A stretch of DNA of 64,000 nucleotides from Escherichia coli (GTDB lineage: Bacteria; Pseudomonadota; Gammaproteobacteria; Enterobacterales; Enterobacteriaceae): the NCBI RefSeq assembly GCF_003334385.1, contig NZ_QOWN01000006.1. One strand, given 5' to 3'. A model generated the notes under the pieces. That model did no database searches. It was not told the DNA's origin and was given only the letters and a program-made list of their open reading frames with translations. The position numbers and the translations under genes were made by a program. Of this stretch, positions 37,201 through 46,448 are shown piece by piece. Position 1 is the stretch's first letter. Every line of letters begins with the position of its first letter.

Positions 37201-40200
37201 ATGTTGCGTATGGTGGTTGATGCCGACGGGCAGCAGCGAATCCTGGCGACAACGCCGGAGTATCACATCCCGCGTGACGATCTGCGCGCGCTTTCCCCGG
37301 AAGAACAGCGCATCGCGCTGGAAAAACGGCGGCATGAACTGAGCTATCGCGTTTTGCCTGCCGACCAGTGGCCTCTTTTTGAGCTGGTGGTCAGCGAAAT
37401 CGACGATTGCCATTACCGTCTGCATATGAACCTCGACCTTTTGCAGTTTGATGTGCAGAGTTTTAAAGTCATGATGGACGACCTGGCGCAGGTCTGGCGC
37501 GGTGAAACGCTGGCACCGCTCGCTATTACCTTCCGTGATTATGTGATGGCTGAACAGGCGCGCCGACAGACATCGGCATGGCACGATGCCTGGGATTACT
37601 GGCAGGAAAAACTGCCGCAACTGCCCTTAGCGCCAGAGCTGCCGGTGGTTGAGACGCCCCCGGAAACGCCACACTTCACCACCTTCAAATCGACGATCGG
37701 CAAGACAGAATGGCAGGCCGTGAAACAGCGCTGGCAGCAGCAAGGCGTCACACCGTCTGCCGCGCTGCTCACGCTGTTTGCCGCCACCCTTGAGCGCTGG
37801 AGCCGTACCACAACATTTACGCTGAACCTGACGTTCTTCAATCGCCAGCCGATCCATCCGCAAATCAACCAGTTGATTGGTGATTTTACCTCCGTCACGC
37901 TGGTTGATTTTAACTTCTCAGCGCCGGTGACGTTGCAAGAGCAGATGCAACAGACCCAACAGCGCCTCTGGCAAAACATGGCGCACAGTGAAATGAACGG
38001 TGTTGAGGTGATCCGTGAGCTGGGCCGCCTGCGCGGATCACAACGTCAACCGCTGATGCCGGTAGTGTTTACCAGTATGCTGGGGATGACGCTGGAAGGC
38101 ATGACTATCGATCAGGCGATGAGCCATCTGTTCGGCGAACCCTGCTATGTATTCACGCAAACGCCGCAGGTCTGGCTGGATCATCAGGTCATGGAGAGCG
38201 ACGGCGAGTTGATGTTTAGCTGGTACTGCATGGACAACGTGCTGGAACCCGGCGCTGCCGAGGCGATGTTTAATGACTATTGCGCCATCCTGCAAGCCGT
38301 CATCGCCGCCCCTGAAAGCCTGAAGACTCTCGCCAGCGGCATCGCCAGGCACATTCCCCGCCGACGCTGGCCGCTGAACGCGCAGGCGGACTACGACCTG
38401 CGGGATATTGAGCAGGCGACGCTCGAATACCCCGGCATCCGGCAGGCCAGAGCGGAAATAACCGAACAGGGCGCGTTGACGCTGGATATCGTGATGGCCG
38501 ACGATCCTTCGCCATCAGCGGCGATGCCTGATGAGCACGAACTTACCCAACTGGCGCTGCCGTTGCCTGAGCAGGCGCAGCTTGATGAGCTGGAGGCGAC
38601 CTGGCGCTGGCTGGAGGCGCGTGCGCTACAGGGGATCGCGGCTACGCTAAATCGTCACGGCCTGTTTACCACGCCGGAGATCGCCCATCGCTTTAGCGCA
38701 ATAGTACAGGCGCTGTCCTCGCAAGCATCTCACCAGCGTCTGCTGCGCCAGTGGCTACAGTGTCTGACGGAAAGAGAGTGGTTAATCCGCGAAGGTGAAA
38801 GCTGGCGCTGCCGCATTCCGCTCAGCGAGATTCCTGAGCCTCAGGAAGCGTGCCCGCAAAGCCAATGGAGCCAGGCGCTGGCGCAGTATCTGGAAACCTG
38901 CATCGCCCGGCACGACGCCCTCTTCTCCGGGCAGTGTTCTCCGCTGGAATTGCTGTTCAACGAGCAGCATCGCGTTACCGACGCGCTGTATCGCGACAAC
39001 CCCGCCAGCGCCTGTCTGAATCGCTATACCGCGCAGATTGCCGCCTTGTGCAGCGCAGAACGGATTCTGGAGGTTGGCGCCGGAACCGCAGCCACTACCG
39101 CGCCGGTGCTGAAGGCCACGCGGAACACGCGACAGTCGTACCACTTCACGGACGTCTCCGCGCAGTTCCTCAATGACGCCAGAGCCCGTTTCCATGATGA
39201 ATCGCAGGTGTCTTATGCCTTGTTCGACATCAACCAGCCGCTGGATTTCACCGCCCACCCGGAGGCGGGTTACGACCTGATCGTTGCCGTCAATGTGCTC
39301 CACGACGCCAGCCATGTCGTCCAGACGTTGCGCAGATTAAAACTGTTGCTGAAAGCCGGCGGACGTTTGCTGATCGTTGAAGCGACGGAGCGAAACAGCG
39401 TATTCCAGCTGGCGAGCGTGGGCTTTATTGAGGGATTAAGCGGATACCGCGATTTCCGCCGCCGGGATGAGAAACCGATGCTCACCCGCTCCGCATGGCA
39501 GGAGGTTCTCGTTCAGGCCGGGTTTGCAAACGAGCTGGCGTGGCCCGCGCAGGAATCGTCGCCGCTGCGCCAGCATCTGCTGGTAGCGCGTTCGCCTGGC
39601 GTAAATCGCCCGGATAAAAAAGCCGTGAGCCGCTATTTACAGCAGCGCTTTGGCACCGGTCTGCCCATTTTACAGATCCGGCAAAGAGAAGCGTTATTTA
39701 CGCCGCTGCATGCCCCGTCTGATGCGCCGACTGAGCCAGCCAAACCCACGCCAGTTGCCGGGGGGAATCCGGCACTGGAAAAACAGGTGGCTGAACTCTG
39801 GCAATCGCTGCTGTCTCGCCCCGTGGCAAGGCATCACGACTTTTTCGAACTGGGCGGCGACAGCCTGATGGCGACAAGGATGGTCGCGCAGCTAAACCGG
39901 AGAGGGATTGCCAGGGCTAACCTTCAGGATCTGTTCAGCCATTCGACGCTGAGCGACTTCTGCGCCCATCTACAGGCGGCTACGTCAGGAGAGGACAACC
40001 CGATACCCCTTTGCCAGGGCGACGGTGAGGAAACCCTGTTTGTCTTCCACGCTTCAGACGGCGATATCAGCGCCTGGCTGCCGCTCGCTAGCGCGTTGAA
40101 CAGGCGCGTTTTCGGCCTGCAAGCAAAATCGCCGCAGCGCCTTGCCACGCTCGACCAGATGATCGATGAGTATGTCGGGTGCATCCGTCGTCAGCAGCCT

Positions 40201-40782
40201 CACGGCCCTTATGTGCTGGCGGGTTGGTCGTATGGCGCGTTTCTTGCGGCGGGCGCCGCACAACGCCTGTACGCCAAAGGCGAGCAGGTTCGGATGGTGT
40301 TAATCGATCCCGTGTGCCGACAGGATTTCTGTTGCGAAAACCGGGCGGCCCTGCTGCGCCTGTTAGCCGAAGGACAAACGCCTCTGGCACTGCCCGAACA
40401 TTTCGACCAGCAGACGCCCGACAGCCAGCTTGCCGACTTTATCAGCCTCGCTAAAACGGCCGGTATGGTGTCGCAAAACCTGACGCTGCAAGCGGCAGAA
40501 ACGTGGCTCGACAACATCGCGCATCTGCTGCGTTTACTGACTGAGCATACGCCGGGCGAAAGCGTTCCGGTCCCCTGTCTCATGGTGTATGCCGCCGGGA
40601 GACCCGCGCACTGGACGCCAGCAGAAACCGAGTGGCAGGGCTGGATAAACAACGCCGACGACGCTGTGATTGAAGCCAGCCACTGGCAAATCATGATGGA
40701 AGCCCCCCACGTTCAGGCTTGTGCGCAACACATTACGCGCTGGCTTTGCGCAACCTCAACGCAACCGGAGAACACGTTATGA
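31291..40782 (+). CDS. irp1: HMWP1 yersiniabactin hybrid PKS/NRPS (KS-AT-MT-KR-ACP-Cy-MT-PCP-TE)
   Basis: 3163 aa; AT GHSVGE; SAM-MT LEVGGGTGG; KR GAFGGLGR; ACP LGMDSL; Cy DLLQFDVQS; PCP GGDSLM; TE GWSYGA. Confidence 0.9.
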   Translation: MDNLRFSSAPTADSIDASIAQHYPDCEPVAVIGYACHFPESPDGETFWQNLLEGRECSRRFTREELLAVGLDAAIIDDPHYVNIGTVLDNADCFDATLFGYSRQEAESMDPQQRLFLQAVWHALEHAGYAPGAVPHKTGVFASSRMSTYPGREALNVTEVAQVKGLQSLMGNDKDYIATRAAYKLNLHGPALSVQTACSSSLVAVHLACESLRAGESDMAVAGGVALSFPQQAGYRYQPGMIFSPDGHCRPFDASAEGTWAGNGLGCVVLRRLRDALLSGDPIISVILSSAVNNDGNRKVGYTAPSVAGQQAVIEEALMLAAIDDRQVGYIETHGTGTPLGDAIEIEALRNVYAPRPQDQRCALGSVKSNMGHLDTAAGIAGLLKTVLAVSRGQIPPLLNFHTPNPALKLEESPFTIPVSAQAWQDEMRYAGVSSFGIGGTNCHMIVASLPDALNARLPNTDSGRKSTALLLSAASDSALRRLATDYAGALRENADASSLAFTALHARRLDLPFRLAAPLNRETAEALSAWASEKSGALVYSGHGASGKQVWLFTGQGSHWRTMGQTMYQHSTAFADTLDRCFSACSEMLTPSLREAMFNPDSAQLDNMAWAQPAIVAFEIAMAAHWRAEGLKPDFAIGHSVGEFAAAVVCGHYTIEQVMPLVCRRGALMQQCASGAMVAVFADEDTLMPLARQFELDLAANNGTQHTVFSGPEARLAVFCATLSQHDINYRRLSVTGAAHSALLEPILDRFQDACAGLHAEPGQIPIISTLTADVIDESTLNQADYWRRHMRQPVRFIQSIQVAHQLGARVFLEMGPDAQLVACGQREYRDNAYWIASARRNKEASDVLNQALLQLYAAGVALPWADLLAGDGQRIAAPCYPFDTERYWKERVSPACEPADAALSAGLEVASRAATALDLPRLEALKQCATRLHAIYVDQLVQRCTGDAIENGVDAMTIMRRGRLLPRYQQLLQRLLNNCVVDGDYRCTDGRYVRARPIEHQQRESLLTELAGYCEGFQAIPDTIARAGDRLYEMMSGAEEPVAIIFPQSASDGVEVLYQEFSFGRYFNQIAAGVLRGIVQTRQPRQPLRILEVGGGTGGTTAWLLPELNGVPALEYHFTDISALFTRRAQQKFADYDFVKYSELDLEKEAQSQGFQAQSYDLIVAANVIHATRHIGRTLDNLRPLLKPGGRLLMREITQPMRLFDFVFGPLVLPLQDLDAREGELFLTTAQWQQQCRHAGFSKVAWLPQDGSPNAGMSEHIILATLPGQAVSAVTFTAPSEPVLGQALTDNGDYLADWSDCAGQPEQFNARWQEAWRLLSQRHGDALPVEPPPVAAPEWLGKVRLSWQNEAFSRGQMRVEARHPAGEWLPLSPAAPLPAPQTHYQWRWTPLNVASIDHPLTFSFSAGTLARSDELAQYGIIHDPHASSRLMIVEESEDTLALAEKVIAALTASAAGLIVVTRRAWRVEENEALSASHHALWALLRVAANEQPERLLAAIDLAENTPWETLHQGLSAVSLSQRWLAARGDTLWLPSLSPNTGCAAELPANVFTGDSRWHLVTGAFGGLGRLAVNWLREKGARRIALLAPRVDESWLRDVEGGQTRVCRCDVGDAGQLATVLDDLAANGGIAGAIHAAGVLADAPLQELDDHQLAAVFAVKAQAASQLLQTLRNHDGRYLILYSSAAATLGAPGQSAHALACGYLDGLAQQFSTLDAPKTLSVAWGAWGESGRAATPEMLATLASRGMGALSDAEGCWHLEQAVMRGAPWRLAMRVFTDKMPPLQQALFNISATEKAATPVIPPADDNAFNGSLSDETAVMAWLKKRIAVQLRLSDPASLHPNQDLLQLGMDSLLFLELSSDIQHYLGVRINAERAWQDLSPHGLTQLICSKPEATPAASQPEVLRHDADERYAPFPLTPIQHAYWLGRTHLIGYGGVACHVLFEWDKRHDEFDLAILEKAWNQLIARHDMLRMVVDADGQQRILATTPEYHIPRDDLRALSPEEQRIALEKRRHELSYRVLPADQWPLFELVVSEIDDCHYRLHMNLDLLQFDVQSFKVMMDDLAQVWRGETLAPLAITFRDYVMAEQARRQTSAWHDAWDYWQEKLPQLPLAPELPVVETPPETPHFTTFKSTIGKTEWQAVKQRWQQQGVTPSAALLTLFAATLERWSRTTTFTLNLTFFNRQPIHPQINQLIGDFTSVTLVDFNFSAPVTLQEQMQQTQQRLWQNMAHSEMNGVEVIRELGRLRGSQRQPLMPVVFTSMLGMTLEGMTIDQAMSHLFGEPCYVFTQTPQVWLDHQVMESDGELMFSWYCMDNVLEPGAAEAMFNDYCAILQAVIAAPESLKTLASGIARHIPRRRWPLNAQADYDLRDIEQATLEYPGIRQARAEITEQGALTLDIVMADDPSPSAAMPDEHELTQLALPLPEQAQLDELEATWRWLEARALQGIAATLNRHGLFTTPEIAHRFSAIVQALSSQASHQRLLRQWLQCLTEREWLIREGESWRCRIPLSEIPEPQEACPQSQWSQALAQYLETCIARHDALFSGQCSPLELLFNEQHRVTDALYRDNPASACLNRYTAQIAALCSAERILEVGAGTAATTAPVLKATRNTRQSYHFTDVSAQFLNDARARFHDESQVSYALFDINQPLDFTAHPEAGYDLIVAVNVLHDASHVVQTLRRLKLLLKAGGRLLIVEATERNSVFQLASVGFIEGLSGYRDFRRRDEKPMLTRSAWQEVLVQAGFANELAWPAQESSPLRQHLLVARSPGVNRPDKKAVSRYLQQRFGTGLPILQIRQREALFTPLHAPSDAPTEPAKPTPVAGGNPALEKQVAELWQSLLSRPVARHHDFFELGGDSLMATRMVAQLNRRGIARANLQDLFSHSTLSDFCAHLQAATSGEDNPIPLCQGDGEETLFVFHASDGDISAWLPLASALNRRVFGLQAKSPQRLATLDQMIDEYVGCIRRQQPHGPYVLAGWSYGAFLAAGAAQRLYAKGEQVRMVLIDPVCRQDFCCENRAALLRLLAEGQTPLALPEHFDQQTPDSQLADFISLAKTAGMVSQNLTLQAAETWLDNIAHLLRLLTEHTPGESVPVPCLMVYAAGRPAHWTPAETEWQGWINNADDAVIEASHWQIMMEAPHVQACAQHITRWLCATSTQPENTL

Positions 40783-41879
40783 TGCCGTCCGCCTCCCCAA
40801 AACAACGCGTACTGATTGTGGGCGCCAAATTTGGCGAAATGTACCTGAATGCCTTTATGCAGCCCCCGGAGGGGCTGGAACTGGTCGGCCTGCTGGCGCA
40901 GGGAAGCGCCCGTTCAAGAGAGCTGGCTCATGCGTTTGGCATTCCGCTGTATACCTCGCCGGAACAGATAACCAGGATGCCGGATATCGCCTGTATTGTC
41001 GTGCGTTCGACCGTCGCCGGAGGAACCGGTACGCAGCTTGCCAGACACTTTCTGACGCGCGGCGTACACGTCATTCAGGAGCATCCCCTCCACCCGGATG
41101 ACATCAGTTCCTTACAAACGCTGGCGCAGGAACAGGGCTGCTGCTATTGGGTAAACACGTTTTATCCGCATACGCGCGCGGGACGCACATGGCTTCGCGA
41201 TGCGCAGCAGCTGCGTCGCTGTCTGGCTAAGACGCCGCAGGTGGTCCACGCCACCACCAGCCGACAGTTGCTCTACTCCACTCTGGATTTGTTGTTGCTG
41301 GCTCTGGGCGTTGATGCCGTCGCCGTGGAGTGCGACGTGGTTGGCAGCTTTAGCGATTTTCACTGTCTGAGACTCTTCTGGCCGGAGGGAGAAGCCTGCC
41401 TGCTGCTTCAGCGCTATCTCGATCCTGACGATCCAGATATGCATAGCCTTATCATGCACCGCCTGCTGCTGGGCTGGCCGGAAGGTCATCTTTCGCTGGA
41501 GGCGAGCTACGGCCCCGTCATCTGGTCATCCAGCCTGTTTGTCGCAGACCATCAGGAGAACGCCCACAGCCTCTACCGCAGACCGGAGATCCTGCGCGAT
41601 CTGCCGGGTCTGACGCGCAGCGCGGCGCCCCTGAGCTGGCGCGACTGCTGCGAAACCGTCGGGCCGGAGGGCGTCAGCTGGTTGCTACACCAGTTGCGCA
41701 GCCATCTGGCGGGCGAACATCCACCAGCGGCCTGCCAAAGCGTACATCAGATCGCGTTATCACGTTTATGGCAGCAGATTTTACGTAAGACCGGCAATGC
41801 GGAGATCAGACGCCTGACGCCGCCGCACCACGACCGGTTAGCCGGTTTCTACAACGATGATGATAAGGAGGCGCTGTGA
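40779..41879 (+). CDS. ybtU: Thiazolinyl reductase (Irp3/YbtU)
   Basis: Start at MMPSASPKQRVLIVGAKFG; nucleotide-binding N-terminus; ATGA overlap with the irp1 stop. Confidence 0.85.
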   Translation: MMPSASPKQRVLIVGAKFGEMYLNAFMQPPEGLELVGLLAQGSARSRELAHAFGIPLYTSPEQITRMPDIACIVVRSTVAGGTGTQLARHFLTRGVHVIQEHPLHPDDISSLQTLAQEQGCCYWVNTFYPHTRAGRTWLRDAQQLRRCLAKTPQVVHATTSRQLLYSTLDLLLLALGVDAVAVECDVVGSFSDFHCLRLFWPEGEACLLLQRYLDPDDPDMHSLIMHRLLLGWPEGHLSLEASYGPVIWSSSLFVADHQENAHSLYRRPEILRDLPGLTRSAAPLSWRDCCETVGPEGVSWLLHQLRSHLAGEHPPAACQSVHQIALSRLWQQILRKTGNAEIRRLTPPHHDRLAGFYNDDDKEAL

Positions 41880-42679
41880 CGCAATCTGCAATGTGCATAC
41901 CGCTGTGGCCCGCCCGGAACGGCAATACTGCGCATCTGGTCATGTGCCCTTTCGCTGGCGGCAGCAGTAGCGCGTTTCGCCACTGGCAAGCTGAGCAACT
42001 GGCTGATTGCGCGCTTTCTCTGGTGACCTGGCCGGGGCGCGATCGCCTTCGCCATCTGGAACCGCTCAGAAGCATTACACAACTGGCGGCACTGCTGGCG
42101 AACGAGCTGGAAGCATCCGTATCGCCTGACACGCCGCTTTTACTCGCCGGGCACAGCATGGGGGCGCAGGTGGCGTTTGAAACCTGCCGACTTCTGGAGC
42201 AACGGGGGCTTGCGCCACAAGGACTGATTATTTCCGGGTGCCATGCCCCGCATCTGCATTCTGAACGCCAGCTCAGCCATCGCGATGATGCCGACTTTAT
42301 CGCTGAGCTGATAGACATTGGCGGATGTTCTCCTGAACTGCGGGAAAACCAGGAATTAATGTCGCTGTTTCTTCCTCTTCTGCGCGCTGATTTTTACGCC
42401 ACCGAGAGCTATCACTACGACTCGCCCGACGTCTGTCCGCCGCTGCGCACGCCTGCGCTGTTATTGTGCGGCAGCCACGATCGCGAAGCCTCCTGGCAGC
42501 AGGTCGATGCCTGGCGTCAGTGGCTGAGCCACGTTACAGGCCCGGTGGTGATTGACGGCGATCATTTCTATCCCATTCAACAAGCCCGGTCCTTTTTTAC
42601 GCAGATTGTCCGCCATTTTCCCCACGCATTTTCTGCAATGACCGCGTTGCAAAAACAGCCCAGTACTTCAGAAAGGTGA
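41876..42679 (+). CDS. ybtT: Type II thioesterase (editing) YbtT
   Basis: GHSMGA motif; GTG start overlapping the ybtU stop. Confidence 0.85.
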   Translation: MTQSAMCIPLWPARNGNTAHLVMCPFAGGSSSAFRHWQAEQLADCALSLVTWPGRDRLRHLEPLRSITQLAALLANELEASVSPDTPLLLAGHSMGAQVAFETCRLLEQRGLAPQGLIISGCHAPHLHSERQLSHRDDADFIAELIDIGGCSPELRENQELMSLFLPLLRADFYATESYHYDSPDVCPPLRTPALLLCGSHDREASWQQVDAWRQWLSHVTGPVVIDGDHFYPIQQARSFFTQIVRHFPHAFSAMTALQKQPSTSER

Positions 42680-42682
42680 CGC

Positions 42683-44260
42683 ATGAATTCTTCCTTTGAA
42701 TCTCTGATTGAACAGTATCCCTTACCCATTGCCGAACAGTTGCGCCACTGGGCGGCCCGTTATGCCTCGCGAATTGCCGTCGTTGATGCAAAGGGGTCGT
42801 TAACCTACAGCGCGCTTGATGCACAAGTTGACGAACTTGCCGCAGGTCTGTCATCACTGGGTTTGCGTTCGGGGGAGCATGTAATTGTGCAGCTTCCCAA
42901 CGACAACGCGTTTGTTACCCTGCTGTTCGCCTTGTTAAGACTGGGCGTTATCCCCGTGCTGGCGATGCCCTCGCAACGGGCGCTGGATATCGACGCGCTG
43001 ATTGAGCTGGCGCAACCCGTCGCTTACGTTATTCACGGGGAAAACCACGCAGAGCTGGCCCGACAGATGGCGCACAAACACGCCTGCTTGCGTCATGTTC
43101 TGGTCGCTGGAGAGACCGTGAGCGACGATTTTACGCCGCTCTTCTCCCTTCACGGTGAGCGACAGGCATGGCCGCAGCCTGATGTTTCCGCCACCGCGTT
43201 GTTGTTGCTCTCAGGCGGCACAACCGGCACGCCAAAACTCATCCCGCGCCGACATGCCGACTATAGCTATAACTTCAGCGCTTCTGCTGAACTGTGCGGC
43301 ATCAGCCAACAGAGCGTGTATCTCGCCGTCCTCCCGGTGGCGCATAACTTTCCGCTGGCCTGCCCCGGTATTCTGGGAACGCTTGCCTGCGGCGGAAAAG
43401 TGGTGCTGACCGACAGCGCCAGCTGTGATGAGGTGATGCCTTTAATCGCGCAGGAAAGAGTGACTCACGTCGCCCTGGTTCCGGCGCTGGCGCAATTATG
43501 GGTGCAGGCCAGGGAGTGGGAAGACAGCGACCTTTCGTCGCTGCGCGTCATTCAGGCAGGCGGCGCCCGGCTCGACCCGACGCTTGCTGAGCAGGTTATC
43601 GCCACCTTTGACTGTACCCTGCAACAGGTTTTCGGTATGGCGGAAGGCCTGCTCTGTTTTACCCGGCTGGACGATCCGCATGCCACCATTCTCCACAGCC
43701 AGGGGCGCCCGTTGTCCCCTCTGGATGAAATCCGCATCGTTGATCAAGACGAGAACGACGTCGCGCCGGGCGAAACCGGGCAATTGTTAACGCGCGGCCC
43801 TTATACCATTTCGGGCTATTACCGCGCCCCTGCCCACAACGCGCAGGCCTTTACCGCGCAAGGGTTTTACCGCACAGGCGACAATGTCAGGCTGGATGAG
43901 GTGGGGAACCTGCACGTTGAGGGACGCATAAAAGAGCAGATCAACCGCGCCGGAGAAAAAATAGCCGCGGCTGAAGTGGAATCGGCACTGCTGCGTTTAG
44001 CGGAAGTGCAAGATTGCGCGGTGGTCGCCGCGCCGGACACGCTGCTTGGCGAGCGGATTTGCGCGTTTATCATCGCGCAGCAGGTGCCAACTGACTATCA
44101 GCAGTTGCGTCAACAACTGACCCGTATGGGGCTCAGCGCGTGGAAAATTCCTGACCAAATCGAGTTTCTGGACCACTGGCCGCTCACCGCCGTCGGCAAG
44201 ATAGACAAAAAACGCCTGACGGCTCTCGCCGTCGACCGTTATCGCCATTCTGCCCAATAA
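42683..44260 (+). CDS. ybtE: Salicyl-AMP ligase (aryl acid adenylating enzyme) YbtE
   Basis: 525 aa; adenylation motifs SGGTTGTPK and YRTGD. Confidence 0.85.
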   Translation: MNSSFESLIEQYPLPIAEQLRHWAARYASRIAVVDAKGSLTYSALDAQVDELAAGLSSLGLRSGEHVIVQLPNDNAFVTLLFALLRLGVIPVLAMPSQRALDIDALIELAQPVAYVIHGENHAELARQMAHKHACLRHVLVAGETVSDDFTPLFSLHGERQAWPQPDVSATALLLLSGGTTGTPKLIPRRHADYSYNFSASAELCGISQQSVYLAVLPVAHNFPLACPGILGTLACGGKVVLTDSASCDEVMPLIAQERVTHVALVPALAQLWVQAREWEDSDLSSLRVIQAGGARLDPTLAEQVIATFDCTLQQVFGMAEGLLCFTRLDDPHATILHSQGRPLSPLDEIRIVDQDENDVAPGETGQLLTRGPYTISGYYRAPAHNAQAFTAQGFYRTGDNVRLDEVGNLHVEGRIKEQINRAGEKIAAAEVESALLRLAEVQDCAVVAAPDTLLGERICAFIIAQQVPTDYQQLRQQLTRMGLSAWKIPDQIEFLDHWPLTAVGKIDKKRLTALAVDRYRHSAQ

Positions 44261-44269
44261 GCGCAAACC

Positions 44270-44340
44270 GACCCGAAACAGGTTGAAATAAACCCGTTTC
44301 GGGTAGCACTACTATTAGAAATAGTTATCATTTTCAATTC
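44270..44340 (+). promoter_or_regulatory. fyuA promoter region: YbtA-type repeat plus Fur-box-like gaaatagttatcattttcaattc
   Basis: aaataaacccgtttcgggtagca is identical over about 23 bp to the irp2 promoter copy. Confidence 0.6.
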
Positions 44341-44390
44341 ACCATTGTCGGTATTTTTGGCGTTTCGCCGTCTTACAGGGACTCACAACA

Positions 44391-46412
44391 ATGAAAATGA
44401 CACGGCTTTATCCTCTGGCCTTGGGGGGATTATTGCTCCCCGCCATTGCTAATGCCCAGACTTCACAGCAAGACGAAAGCACGCTGGTGGTTACCGCCAG
44501 TAAACAATCTTCCCGCTCGGCATCAGCCAACAACGTCTCGTCTACTGTTGTCAGCGCGCCGGAATTAAGCGACGCCGGCGTCACCGCCAGCGACAAACTC
44601 CCCAGAGTCTTGCCCGGGCTCAATATTGAAAATAGCGGCAACATGCTTTTTTCGACGATCTCGCTACGCGGCGTCTCTTCAGCGCAGGACTTCTATAACC
44701 CCGCCGTCACCCTGTATGTCGATGGCGTCCCTCAGCTTTCCACCAACACCATCCAGGCGCTTACCGATGTGCAAAGCGTGGAGTTGCTGCGAGGCCCACA
44801 GGGAACGTTATATGGCAAAAGCGCTCAGGGCGGGATCATCAACATCGTCACCCAGCAGCCGGACAGCACGCCGCGCGGCTATATTGAAGGCGGCGTCAGT
44901 AGCCGCGACAGTTATCGAAGTAAGTTCAACCTGAGCGGCCCCATTCAGGATGGCCTGCTGTACGGCAGCGTCACCCTGTTACGCCAGGTTGATGACGGCG
45001 ACATGATTAACCCCGCGACGGGAAGCGATGACTTAGGCGGCACCCGCGCCAGCATAGGGAATGTGAAACTGCGTCTGGCGCCGGACGATCAGCCCTGGGA
45101 AATGGGCTTTGCCGCCTCACGCGAATGTACCCGCGCCACCCAGGACGCCTATGTGGGATGGAATGATATTAAGGGCCGTAAGCTGTCGATCAGCGATGGT
45201 TCACCAGACCCGTACATGCGGCGCTGCACTGACAGCCAGACCCTGAGTGGGAAATACACCACCGATGACTGGGTTTTCAACCTGATCAGCGCCTGGCAGC
45301 AGCAGCATTATTCGCGCACCTTCCCTTCCGGTTCGTTAATCGTCAATATGCCTCAGCGCTGGAATCAGGATGTGCAGGAGCTGCGCGCCGCAACCCTGGG
45401 CGATGCGCGTACCGTTGATATGGTGTTTGGGCTGTACCGGCAGAACACCCGCGAGAAGTTAAATTCAGCCTACGACATGCCGACAATGCCTTATTTAAGC
45501 AGTACCGGCTATACCACCGCTGAAACGCTGGCCGCATACAGTGACCTGACCTGGCATTTAACCGATCGTTTTGATATCGGCGGCGGCGTGCGCTTCTCGC
45601 ATGATAAATCCAGTACACAATATCACGGCAGCATGCTCGGCAACCCGTTTGGCGACCAGGGTAAGAGCAATGACGATCAGGTGCTCGGGCAGCTATCCGC
45701 AGGCTATATGCTGACCGATGACTGGAGAGTGTATACCCGTGTAGCCCAGGGATATAAACCTTCCGGGTACAACATCGTGCCTACTGCGGGTCTTGATGCC
45801 AAACCGTTCGTCGCCGAGAAATCCATCAACTATGAACTTGGCACCCGCTACGAAACCGCTGACGTCACGCTGCAAGCCGCGACGTTTTATACCCACACCA
45901 AAGACATGCAGCTTTACTCTGGCCCGGTCGGGATGCAGACATTAAGCAATGCGGGTAAAGCCGACGCCACCGGCGTTGAGCTTGAAGCGAAGTGGCGGTT
46001 TGCGCCAGGCTGGTCATGGGATATCAATGGCAACGTGATCCGTTCCGAATTCACCAATGACAGTGAGTTGTATCACGGTAACCGGGTGCCGTTCGTACCA
46101 CGTTATGGCGCGGGAAGCAGCGTGAACGGCGTGATTGATACGCGCTATGGCGCACTGATGCCCCGACTGGCGGTTAATCTGGTCGGGCCGCATTATTTCG
46201 ATGGCGACAACCAGTTGCGGCAAGGCACCTATGCCACCCTGGACAGCAGCCTGGGCTGGCAGGCGACTGAACGGATGAACATTTCCGTCTATGTCGATAA
46301 CCTGTTCGACCGTCGTTACCGTACCTATGGCTACATGAACGGCAGCAGCGCCGTCGCGCAGGTCAATATGGGTCGCACCGTCGGTATCAATACGCGAATT
46401 GATTTCTTCTGA
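44391..46412 (+). CDS. fyuA: TonB-dependent outer membrane receptor for ferric yersiniabactin (FyuA/Psn)
   Basis: 673 aa; signal peptide; TonB-dependent receptor pattern ending in aromatic F. Confidence 0.9.
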   Translation: MKMTRLYPLALGGLLLPAIANAQTSQQDESTLVVTASKQSSRSASANNVSSTVVSAPELSDAGVTASDKLPRVLPGLNIENSGNMLFSTISLRGVSSAQDFYNPAVTLYVDGVPQLSTNTIQALTDVQSVELLRGPQGTLYGKSAQGGIINIVTQQPDSTPRGYIEGGVSSRDSYRSKFNLSGPIQDGLLYGSVTLLRQVDDGDMINPATGSDDLGGTRASIGNVKLRLAPDDQPWEMGFAASRECTRATQDAYVGWNDIKGRKLSISDGSPDPYMRRCTDSQTLSGKYTTDDWVFNLISAWQQQHYSRTFPSGSLIVNMPQRWNQDVQELRAATLGDARTVDMVFGLYRQNTREKLNSAYDMPTMPYLSSTGYTTAETLAAYSDLTWHLTDRFDIGGGVRFSHDKSSTQYHGSMLGNPFGDQGKSNDDQVLGQLSAGYMLTDDWRVYTRVAQGYKPSGYNIVPTAGLDAKPFVAEKSINYELGTRYETADVTLQAATFYTHTKDMQLYSGPVGMQTLSNAGKADATGVELEAKWRFAPGWSWDINGNVIRSEFTNDSELYHGNRVPFVPRYGAGSSVNGVIDTRYGALMPRLAVNLVGPHYFDGDNQLRQGTYATLDSSLGWQATERMNISVYVDNLFDRRYRTYGYMNGSSAVAQVNMGRTVGINTRIDFF

Positions 46413-46419
46413 TTATTGT

Positions 46420-46448
46420 AAAAGGGATACCGAAAAGGTATCCCTTTT
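46420..46448 (+). terminator. Intrinsic terminator after fyuA
   Basis: aaagggatacc gaaaa ggtatcccttt hairpin. Confidence 0.65.

Noticed and set aside
25341-40694. Dozens of 60-160 codon ORFs on both strands inside irp2 and irp1 (for example 25405-25605, 26661-26858, 36805-37620, 40209-40694)
   Set aside because: They are embedded in or antisense to long, motif-rich NRPS/PKS reading frames in GC-rich DNA, where spurious open frames are common; no RBS or independent signals
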